DNA of 64,000 bases from Eledone cirrhosa (GCA_964016885.1 OZ024752.1:18476001-18540000), one strand, 5' to 3'. Positions 30,001 through 40,599 are shown, counted from the stretch's first letter. The notes: a model not told the origin generated them from the sequence alone. Program-made: numbers and translations.

Positions 30001-33000
30001 CTGTTCACTACCAGTGAACTGAGGTAACACCCCTTATCTCAGCTTCTAACACTGGAGATGTATTACAGCGTTAACTGTTCACTACAAGTGAACTGAGGTA
30101 ACACCCCTTATATCAGCTTCTAACACTGGAGATGTATTACAGTGTTAACTGTTCACTACCAGTGAACTGAGGTAACACCCCTTATCTCAGCTTCTAATGC
30201 TGGAGATGTATTACAGCGTTAACTGTTCACTACCAGTGAACTGAGGTAACATCCCTTATCTCAGCTTCTAACACTAGAGATGTATTACAGTGTTAACTGT
30301 TCACTACCAGTGAACTGAGGTAACACCCCTTATCTCAGCTTCTAATGCTGGAGATGTATTACAGCGTTAACTGTTCACTACCAGTGGACTGAGGTAACAC
30401 CCCTTATCTCAGCTTCTAACACTAGTGATGTATTACAGTGTTAACTGTTCACTACCAGTGAACTGAGGTAACACCCCTTATCTCAGCTTCTAACACTGGA
30501 GATGTATTACAGTGTTAACTGTTTACTACCAGTGAACTGAGGTAACACCCCTTATCTCAGCTTCTAATGCTGGAGATGTATTACAGTGTTAAGTGTTCAC
30601 TACCAGTGAACTGAGGTAACACCCCTTATCTCAGCTTCTAACACTAGAGATGTATTACAGTGTTAACTGTTCACTACAAGTGAACTGAGGTAACACCCCT
30701 TATCTCAGCTTCTAACACTGGAGATGTATTACAGTGTTAACTGTTCACTGCCGGTGAACTGAGGTAACACCCCGTATCTCAGCTTCTAACACTCGAGATG
30801 TATTACAGTGTTAACTGTTCACTACCAGTGAACTGAGGTAACACCCCTTATCTCAGCTTCTAACACTAGAGATGTATTACAGTGTTAGCTGTTCACTACC
30901 AGTGAACTGAGGTAACACCCCTTATCTCAGCTTCTAACACTAGAGATGTATTACAGTGTTAACTGTTCACTACCAGTGAACTGAGGTAACACCCCTTATC
31001 TCAGCTTCTAACACTAGAGATGTATTACAGTGTTAACTATTCACTACAAGTGACCTGAGGTAACACCCCTTATCTCAGCTTCTAACACTGGAGATGTATT
31101 ACAGTGTTAACTGTTCACTACAAGTGACCTGAGGTAACACCCCTTATCTCAGCTTCTAACACTGGAGATGTATTACAGTGTTAGCTGTTCACTACCAGTG
31201 AACTGAGGTAACACCCCTTATCTCAGCTTCTAACACTAGAGATGTATTACAGTGTTAACTGTTCACTACAAGTGACCTGAGGTAACACACCTTATCTCAG
31301 CTTCTACTACTGGAGATGTATAACAGTGTTAACTGTTCACTGCCAGTGAACTGAGGTAACACCCCTTATCTCAGCTTCTAACACTAGAGATGTATTACAG
31401 TGTTAACTGTTCACTACAAGTGACCTGAGGTAACACCCCTTATCTCAGCTTCTAACACTGGAGATGTATTACAGTGTTAACTGTTCACTACAAGTGACCT
31501 GAGGTAACACCCCTTATCTCAGCTTCTAACACTGGAGATGTATTACAGTGTTAACTGTTCACTACCAGTGAACTGAGGTAACACCCCTTATCTCAGCTTC
31601 TTACACTAGAGATGTATTACAGTGTTAGCTGTTCACTGCCAGTGAACTGAGGTAACACCCCTTATCTCAGCTTCTAACACTAGAGATGTATTACAGTGTT
31701 AACTGTTCACTACCAGTGAACTGAGGTAACACCCCTTATCTCAGCTTCTAATGCTGGAGATGTATTACAGTGTTAACTGTTCACTACCAGTGAACTGAGG
31801 TAACACCCATTATCTCAGCTTCTAATGCTGGAGATGTATTACAGTGTTAGATGTTCACTACCAGTGAACTGAGGTAACACCCCTTATCTCAGCTTCTAAT
31901 GCTGGAGATGTATTACAGTGTTAACTGTTCACTACAAGTGACCTGAGGTAACACCCCTTATCTCAGCTTCTAACACTGGAGATGTATTACAGTGTTAACT
32001 GTTCACTGCCAGTGAACTGAGGTAACACCCCTTATCTCAGCTTCTAACACTGGAGATGTATTACAGTGTTAACTGTTCACTACCAGTGAACTGAGGTAAC
32101 ATCCCTTATCTCAGCTTCTAACACTAGAGATGTATTACAGTGTTAGCTGTTCACTACCAGTGAACTGAGGTAACACCCCTTATCTCAGCTTCTAACACTG
32201 GAGATGTATTACAGTGTTAACTGTTCACTACCAGTGAACTGAGGTAACATCCCTTATCTCAGCTTCTAACAGTAGAGATGTATTACAGTGTTAACTGTTC
32301 ACTACCAGTGAACTGAGGTAACACCCCTTATCTCAGCTTCTAACACTGGAGATGTATTACAGTGTTAACTGTTCACTACCAGTGAACTGAGGTAACATCC
32401 CTTATCTCAGCTTCTAACACTAGAGATGTATTACAGTGTTAGCTGTTCACTACCAGTGAACTGAGGTAACACCCCTTATCTCAGCTTCTAACACTGGAGA
32501 TGTATTACAGTGTTAACTGTTCACTACCAGTGAACTGAGGTAACACCCCTTATCTCAGCTTCTAATGCTGGAGATGTATTACAGTGTTAGTTGTTCACTG
32601 CCAGTGAACTGAGGTAACATCCCTTATCTCAGCTTCTAACACTAGAGATGTATTACAGTGTTAGTTGTTCACTGCCAGTGAACTGAGGTAACATCCCTTA
32701 TCTCAGCTTCTAACACTGGAGATGTATTACAGTGTTAGCTGTTTACTACCAGTGAACTGAGGTAACACCCCTTATCTCAGCTTCTAACACTAGAGATGTA
32801 TTACAGTGTTAACTGTTCACTGCCAGTGAACTGAGGTAACACCCCTTATCTCAGCTTCTAATGCTGGAGATGTATTACAGTGTTAACTGTTCACTGCCAG
32901 TGAACTGAGGTAACATCCCTTATCTCAGCTTCTAATGCTGGAGATGTATTACAGTGTTAACCGTTCACTGCCAGTGAACTGAGGTAACATCCCTTATCTC

Positions 33001-36000
33001 AGCTTCTAATGCTGGAGATGTATTACAGTGTTAACTGTTCACTACCAGTGAACTGAGGTAACACTCCTTATCTCAGCTTCTAATGCTGGAGATGTATTAC
33101 AGTGTTAACTGTTCACTACCAGTGAACTGAGGTAACATCCCTTATCTCAGCTTCTAACACTAGAGATGTATTACAGTGTTAGTTGTTCACTGCCAGTGAA
33201 CTGAGGTAACACCCCTTATCTCAGCTTCTAACACTGGAGATGTATTACAGTGTTAGCTGTTCACTACCAGTGAACTGTGGTAACATCCCTTATCTCAGCT
33301 TCTAATGCTGGAGATGTATTACAGTGTTAACTGTTCACTACCAGTGACCTGAGGTAACACCCCTTATCTCAGCTTCTAACACTAGAGATGTATTACAGTG
33401 TTAACTGTTCACTACAAGTGAACTGAGGTAACACCCCTTATCTCAGATTCTAATGCTGGAGATGTATTACAGTGTTAACTGTTCACTGCCAGCGAACTGA
33501 GGTAACACCCCTTATCTCAGCTTCTAACACTAGAGATGTATTACAGTGTTAACTGTTCACTGCCAGTGAACTGAGGTTTCACCCCTTATCTCAGCTTCTA
33601 ACACTAGAGATGTATTACAGTGTTAACTGTTCACTGCCAGTGAACTGAGGTTTCACCCCTTATCTCAGCTTCTAACACTGGAGATGTATTACAGTGTTAA
33701 CTGTTCACTACCAGTGAACTCAGGTTACACTCCTTATCTCAGCTTCTAATGCTGGAGATGTATTACAGTGTTAACTACCAGTGAACTGAGGTAACACCCC
33801 TTATCTCAGCTTCTAACACTGGAGATGTATTACAGTGTTAACTGTTCACTACAAGTGAACTGAGGTAACACCCCTTATCTCAGCTTCTAATGCTGGAGAT
33901 GTATTACAGTGTTAGCTGTTCACTACCAGTAAACTGAGGTAACATCCCTTATCTCAGCTTCTAACACTAGAGATGTATTACAGTGTTAGCTGTTCACTAC
34001 CAGTGAACTGAGGTAACACCCCTTATCTCAGCTTCTAATGCTGGAGATGTATTACAGTGTTAGCTGTTCACTACCAGTGAACTGAGGTAACACCCCTTAT
34101 CTCAGCTTCTAACACTAGAGATGTATTACAGTGTTAACTGTTCACTGCCAGTGAACTGAGGTAACACCCCTTATCTCAGCTTCTAACACTGGAGATGTAT
34201 TACAGTGTTAGTTGTTCACTACCAGTGAACTGAGGTAACACCCCTTATCTCAGCTTCTAATGCTGGAGATGTATTACAGCGTTAACTGTTCACTACCAGT
34301 GAACTGAGGTTACAGCCCTTATCTCAGCTTCTAACACTAGAGATGTATTACAGTGTTAACTGTTCACTACCAGTGAACTGAGGTAACACCCCTTATCTCA
34401 GCTTCTAATGCTGGAGATGTATTACAGTGTTAACTGTTCACTACCAGTGAACTGAGGTAACACCCCTTATCTCAGCTTCTAATGCTGGAGATGTATTACA
34501 GCGTTAACTGTTCACTACCAGTGAACTGAGGTAACACCCCTTATCTCAGCTTCTCACACTAGAGATGTATTACAGTGTTAACTGTTCACTACCAGTGAAC
34601 TGAGGTAACACCCCTTATCTCAGCTTCTAATGCTGGAGATGTATTAGTGTTAACTGTTCACTACAAGTGACCTGAGGTAACACCCCTTATCTCAGCTTCT
34701 AACACTGGAGATGTATTACAGTGTTAACTGTTCACTGCCAGTGAACTCAGGTAACACCCCTTATCTCAGCTTCTAACACTGGAGATGTATTACAGTGTTA
34801 ACTGTTCACTGCCAGTGAACTGAGGTAACACCCCTTATCTCAGCTTCTAACACTGGAGATGTATTACAGTGTTAACTGTTCACTACCAGTGAACTGAGGT
34901 AACATCCTTTATCTCAGCTTCTAACACTAGAGATGTATTACAGTGTTAGCTGTTCACTACCAGTGAACTGAGGTAACACCCCTTATCTCAGCTTCTAACA
35001 CTAGAGATGTATTACAGTGTTAACTGTTCACTACCAGTGAACTGAGGTAACATCCCTTATCTCAGCTTCTAACACTAGAGATGTATTACAGTGTTAACTG
35101 TTCACTGCCAGTGAACTGAGGTAACACCCCTTATCTCAGCTTCTAACACTAGAGATGTATTACAGTGTTAGTTGTTCACTACCAGTGAACTGAGGTAACA
35201 CCCCTTATCTCAGCTTCTAATGCTGGAGATGTATTACAGTGTTAGCTGTTTACTACCAGTGAACTGAGGTAACATCCCTTATCTCAGCTTCTAACTCTAG
35301 TGATGTATTACAGTGTTAACTGTTCACTACCAGTGAACTGAGGTAACACCCTTTATCTCAGCTTCTAATGCTGGAGATGTATTACAGTGTTAACTGTTCA
35401 GTACCAGTGAACTGAGGTAACACCCCTTATCTCAGCTTCTAACACTAGAGATGTATTACAGTGTTAACTGTTCACTGCCAGTGAACTGAGGTAACACCCC
35501 TTATCTCAGCTTCTAATGCTGGAGATGTATTACAGTGTTAACTGTTCACTACCAGTGAACTGAGGTAACACCCCTTATCTCAGATTCTAATGCTGGAGAT
35601 GTATTACAGTGTTAACTGTTCACTACCAGTGAACTGAGGTAACACCCCTTATCTCAGCTTCTAATGCTGGAGATGTATTACAGTGTTAACTGTTCACTAC
35701 CAGTGAACTGAGGTAACATCCCTTATCTCAGCTTCTAACACTAGAGATGTATTACAGTGTTAACTGTTCACTACCAGTGAACTGAGGTAACACCCCTTAT
35801 CTCAGCTTCTAATGCTGGAGATGTATTACAGTGTTAACTGTTCACTACCAGTGAACTGAGGTAACATCCCTTATCTCAGCTTCTAACACTAGAGATGTAT
35901 TACAGTGTTAGTTGTTCACTGCCAGTGAACTGAGGTAACATCCCTTATCTCAGCTTCTAACACTGGAGATGTATTAAAGTGTTAGCTGTTCACTACCAGT

Positions 36001-39000
36001 GAACTGTGGTAACATCCCTTATCTCAGCTTCTAATGCTGGAGATGTATTACAGTGTTAACTGTTCACTACCAGTGAACTGAGGTAACACCCCTTATCTCA
36101 GCTTCTAATGCTGGAGATGTATTACAGTGTTAACTGTTCACTACCAGTGAACTGAGGTAACACCCCTTATCTCAGCTTCTAACACTAGAGATGTATTACA
36201 GTGTTAACTGTTCACTACAAGTGAACTGAGGTAACACCCCTTATCTCAGATTCTAATGCTGGAGATGTATTACAGTGTTAACTGTTCACTGCCAGTGAAC
36301 TGAGGTAACACCCCTTATCTGAGCTTCTAACACTAGAGATGTATTACAGTGTTAACTGTTCACTGCCAGTGAACTGAGGTTTCACCCCTTATCTCAGCTT
36401 CTAACACTGGAGATGTATTACAGTGTTAACTGTTCACTACCAGTGAACTCAGGTTACACTCCTTATCTCAGCTTCTAACACTAGAGATGTATTACAGTGT
36501 TAACTGTTCACTGCCAGTGAACTGAGGTAACACCCCTTATCTCAGCTTCTAATGCTGGAGATGTATTACAGTGTTAACTACCAGTGAACTGAGGTAACAC
36601 CCCTTATCTCAGCTTCTAACACTGGAGATGTATTACAGTGTTAACTGTTCACTACCAGTGAACTGAGGTAACACCCCTTATCTCAGCTTCTAAAGCTGGA
36701 GATGTATTACAGTGTTAACTACCAGTGAACTGAGGTAACACCCCTTATCTCAGCTTCTTACACTGGAGATGTATTACAGTGTTAACTGTTCACAACCAGT
36801 CAACTGAGGTAACACCCCTTATCTCAGCTTCTAACACTAGAGATGTATTACAGTGTTAGTTGTCCACTGCCAGTGATCTGAGGTAACACCCCTTATCTCA
36901 GCTTCTAACACTGGAGATGTATTACAGTGTTAACTGTTCACTACCAGTGAACTGAGGTAACATCCCTTATCTCAGCTTCTAACACTAGAGATGTATTACA
37001 GTGTTAACTGTTCACTACCAGTGAACTGAGGTAACACCCCTTATCTCAGCTTCTAACACTGGAGATGTATTACAGTGTTAACTGTTCACTACCAGTCAAC
37101 TGAGGTAACACCCCTTATCTCAGCTTCAAACACTAGAGATGTATTACAGTGTTAACTGTTCACTACCAGTGAACTGAGGTAACACCCCTTATCTCAGCTT
37201 CTAACACTGGAGATGTATTACAGTGTTAACTGTTCACTGCCAGTGAACTGAGGTAACACCCCTTATCTCAGCTACTAACACTGTAGATGTATTACAGTGT
37301 TAACTGTTCACTACCAGTGAACTGAGGTAACATCCCTTATCTCAGCTTCTAACACTAGAGATGTATTACAGTGTTAACTGTTCACTGCAAGTGAACTGAG
37401 GTAACACCCCTTATCTCAGCTTCTAATGCTGGAGATGTATTACAGTGTTAGCTGTTCACTACCAGTGAACTGAGGTAACACCCCTTGTCTCAGCTTCTAA
37501 TGCTGGAGATGTATTACAGTGTTAGCTGTTCACTACCAGTGAACTGAGGTAACACCCCTTATCTCAGCTTCTAACACTAGAGATGTATTACAGTGTTAAC
37601 TGTTCACTGCCAGTGAACTGAGGTAACACCCCTTGTCTCAGCTTCTAACACTGGAGATGTATTACAGTGTTAACTGTTCACTGCCAGTGAACTGAGGTAA
37701 CACCCCTTATCTCAGCTTCTAATGCTGGAGATGTATTACAGTGTTAGCTGTTCACTACCAGTGAACTGAGGTAACACCCCTTATCTCAGCTTCTAATGCT
37801 GGAGATGTACTACAGTGTTAACTGTTCACTGCCAGTGAACTGAGGTAACACCCCTTGTCTCAGCTTCTAACACTGGAGAAGTATTACAGTGTTAACTGTT
37901 CACTGCCAGTGAACTGAGGTAACACCCCTTATCTCAGCTTCTAATGCTGGAGATGTATTACAGTGTTAGCTGTTCACTACCAGTGAACTGTGGTAACACC
38001 CCTTGTCTCAGCTTCTAACACTGGAGATGTATTACAGTGTTAACTTATCACTGCCAGTGAACTGAGGTAACACCCCTTATCTCAGATTCTAACACTGGAG
38101 ATGTATTACAGTGTCAGCTATTCACTACCAGTGAACTGAGGTAGCACCCCTTATCTCAGCTTCTAATGCTGGAGATGTATTACAGTGTTAACTGTTCAGT
38201 ACCAGTGAACTGAGGTAACACCCCTTATCTCAGCTTCTAACACTAGAGATGTATTACAGTGTTAACTGTTCACTGCCAGTGAACTGAGGTAACACCCCTT
38301 ATCTCAGATTCTAACACTGGAGATGTATTACATTGTTAACTGTTCACTACCAGTGAACTGAGGTAACACCCCTTATCTCAGCTTCTAATGCTGGAGATGT
38401 ATTACAGTGTTAGTTGTTCACTGCCAGTGAACTGAGGTAACACCCCTTATCTCAGCTTCTAACACTAGAGATGTATTACAGTGTTAACTGTTCACTACAA
38501 GTGAACTGAGGTAACACCCCTTATCTCAGATTCTAATGCTGGAGATGTATTACAGTGTTAACTGTTCACTGCCAGTGAACTGAGGTAACACCCCTTATCT
38601 CAGCTTCTAACACTAGAGATGTATTACAGTGTTAACTGTTCACTGCCAGTGAACTGAGGTTTCACCCCTTATCTCAGCTTCTAACACTGGAGATGTATTA
38701 CAGTGTTAACTGTTCACTACCAGTGAACTGAGGTAACACCCCTTATCTCAGCTTCTAACACTGGAGATGTATTACAGTGTTAACTGTTCACTACCAGTGA
38801 ACTGAGGTAACACCCCTTATCTCAGCTTCTAACACTGGAGATGTATTACAGTGTTAACTGTTCACTACCAGTGAACTGAGGTAACACCCCTTATCTCAGC
38901 TTCTAATGCTGGAGATGTATTACAGTGTTAACTGTTCACTACCAGTGAACTGAGGTAACACCCCTTATCTCAGCTTCTAATGCTGGAGAAGTATTACAGT

Positions 39001-39694
39001 GTTAACTACCAGTGAACTGAGGTAACACCCCTTATCTCAACTTCTAATGCTGGAGATGTATTACAGTGTTAACTGTTCACTACCAGTGAACTGAGGTAAC
39101 ACCCCTTATCTCAGCTTCTAACACTAGAGATGTATTACAGTGTTAACTGTTCACTACCAGTGAACTGAGGTAACACCCCTTATCTCAGCTTCTAATGCTG
39201 GAGAAGTATTACAGTGTTAACTACCAGTGAACTGAGGTAACACCCCTTATCTCAGCTTCTAATGCTGGAGATGTATTACAGTGTTAACTGTTCACTACCA
39301 GTGAACTGAGGTAACACCCCTTATCTCAGCTTCTAATGCTGTAGATGTATTACAGTGTTAACTGTTCACTACCAGTGAACTGAGGTAACACCCCTTATCT
39401 CAGCTTCTAACACTGGAGATGTATTACAGTGTTAGCTGTTCACTACCAGTGAACTGAGGTAACACCCCTTATCTCAGCTTCTAACACTGGAGATGTATTA
39501 CAGTGTTAACTGTTCACTACCAGTGAACTGAGGTAACACCCCTTATCTCAGCTACTAATGCTTGAGATGTATTACAGTGTTAACTGTTCACTACCAGTGA
39601 ACTGAGGTAACACCCCTTATCTCAGCTTCTAATGCTGGAGATGTACTACAGTGTTAACTGTTCACTACCAGTGAACTGAGGTAACACCCCTTAT
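1..39694. repeat. Satellite array A: 74-bp tandem monomer, ~537 copies, continues beyond the 5' window edge
   Basis: Consensus TCTAACACT(A/G)GAGATGTATTACAGTGTTAACTGTTCACTACCAGTGAACTGAGGTAACACCCCTTATCTCAGCT read directly. Monomer starts at 1, 75, 149 and still at 33301 (=450x74+1). Last intact match ends ...GTAACACCCCTTAT at 39694. One HpaI site (GTTAAC) per consensus monomer; no CpG in the consensus. Confidence 0.99.
18550..32190. repeat. Higher-order repeat domain within array A, ~62 monomers (~4588 bp) x ~3; boundaries approximate
   Basis: Rare variant GTGGTAAC...TACCACCG at 20081, 24669, 29257 and rare variant CCCCGTATC...CACTCGAG at 21598, 26186, 30774; each series is spaced exactly 4588 bp (62x74). 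Confidence 0.85.
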
Positions 39695-39729
39695 TTTGCA
39701 AGTACCCTCTGGAGTATTTGAGCTGTTCT
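39695..39729. repeat. Probable highly degenerate terminal monomer of array A
   Basis: TTTGCAAGTACCCTCTGGAGTATTTGAGCTGTTCT keeps CTGGAG..TATT and AGCTGTTC in the same order as the monomer (CTGGAGATGTATT...AGCTGTTC). Confidence 0.45.
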
Positions 39730-39787
39730 AAACAATATTTTTTGTAAGTGTTCCATTCATATTGCAATCGCTATATGTTTAATGTAC

Positions 39788-39805
39788 TTATTATTATTAT
39801 TATTA
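39788..39805. repeat. (TTA)6 microsatellite immediately upstream of the SINE
   Basis: TTATTATTATTATTATTA read directly. Confidence 0.9.
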
Positions 39806-39824
39806 TAAAATAAGGGCGGTGGAT

Positions 39825-39836
39825 TGGCAGTATCGG
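39825..39836 (+). promoter_or_regulatory. RNA polymerase III type 2 A-box-like element of the SINE
   Basis: TGGCAGTATCGG resembles TRGCNNARYGG and lies ~11 bp from the element start, as expected for a tRNA-derived head. Confidence 0.6.
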
Positions 39837-39889
39837 TAGAGGGTTGAACAACATGCTTTGACGCATGGAGTTACGGCCCTTGCCATTCT

Positions 39890-39902
39890 GAGTTCAAATG
39901 CC
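39890..39902 (+). promoter_or_regulatory. RNA polymerase III B-box-like element of the SINE (degenerate)
   Basis: GAGTTCAAATGCC resembles GGTTCGANTCC, ~55 bp downstream of the A box. Confidence 0.6.
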
Positions 39903-40000
39903 TCCAAGGTTAACTTTGCCTTTCATCCTTACGGGGTCGATAAAATAAAGTACCAGTAATACAATGGCTTTGTGCCAAAAGTAGAAACAATTATTATTAT

Positions 40001-40105
40001 AAAATAAAACAACCAGTAATACACTGGGGTCGATTTAATCGATTTCTCATCCACCAAAATTTCTGGCCTTGTGCCTATAGTAGAAATTATTATTATTATC
40101 ATTAT
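40001..40105 (+). mobile_element. Second SINE 3' half (5'-truncated copy or duplicated tail) with complete tail and (TTA)n end
   Basis: AAAATAAAACAACCAGTAATACACTGGGGTCGATTTAATCGATTTCTCATCCACCAAAATTTCTGGCCTTGTGCCTATAGTAGAAATTATTATTATTATC. It repeats ACCAGTAATACA and TGGC(C/T)TTGTGCC..AGTAGAAA..TTATTATTAT from the first copy and contains the inverted repeat TCGAT-TTA-ATCGA. Confidence 0.7.
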
Positions 40106-40140
40106 TTTGTCTAAGTGTTCATTGGTGATAGTTAAACAAC

Positions 40141-40167
40141 AGAGAGAGAGAAGCAATATATATATAT
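40141..40167. repeat. Short (AG)n and (TA)n microsatellites
   Basis: AGAGAGAGAGA at 40141-40151 and ATATATATATA at 40157-40167. Confidence 0.8.
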
Positions 40168-40599
40168 TCATTATTAGTAGAGATTAAAATTTTGTGTTGG
40201 TTGCTGAGATGGTTCTGTGTTGTCGTGTTGAATACGTTGTTGTGTGGATTGCCTAGTTGTGTGGTCACTGTGGTGTAGAATGTAGGTGAAAGACTAGTTG
40301 TGTGGTATTGTGGTGTAGAATGTAGGTGAAAGACTAGTTGTGTGGTCATTGTGGTGTAGAATGTAGGTGAAAGACTAGTTGTGTGGTCACTGTGGTGTAG
40401 AATGTAGGCGAAAGACTAGTTGTGTGGTCACTGTGGTGTAGAATGTAGGTGAAAGACTAGTTGTGTGGTCACTGTGGTGTAGAATGTAGGTGAAAGACTA
40501 GTTGTGTGGTCATTGTGGTGTAGAAGTAGGTGAAAGACTAGTTGTGTGGTCACTGTGGTGTAGAATGTAGGTGAAAGACTAGTTGTGTGGTCACTGTGG

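Larger units (their letters stand above)
39814..40000 (+). mobile_element. Degenerate tRNA-derived SINE (Octopus/cephalopod-type): head, central core and internally shortened 3' tail ending in (TTA)n
   Basis: Starts GGGCGGTGGATTGGCAGTATCGGTAG (A-box-like) and has GAGTTCAAATGCC (B-box-like). Core GGTTAACTTTGCCTTTCATCCTTACGGGGTCGATAAAATAAAGTACCAG, which I recognise from memory as the central domain of the abundant octopus SINEs. Tail TGGCTTTGTGCCAAAAGTAGAAACAATTATTATTAT. Family assignment is recall, not a database hit. Confidence 0.8.

Noticed and set aside
1-39694. Tandem tRNA genes (74-nt unit, three stem-loops, GTTC motif)
   Set aside because: No acceptor stem, no 7-nt anticodon loop, no D-loop GG or TTCRA T-loop, and no properly spaced A and B boxes.
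39814-39905. Functional tRNA gene
   Set aside because: A- and B-box-like motifs are present but no cloverleaf can be formed, and the sequence continues into SINE core and tail; it is the SINE head.
39929-40349. Two short minus-strand ORFs across the junction (80 aa, 76 aa)
   Set aside because: They run antisense through SINE, microsatellite and satellite sequence; the poly-Ile tracts come from (TTA)n.
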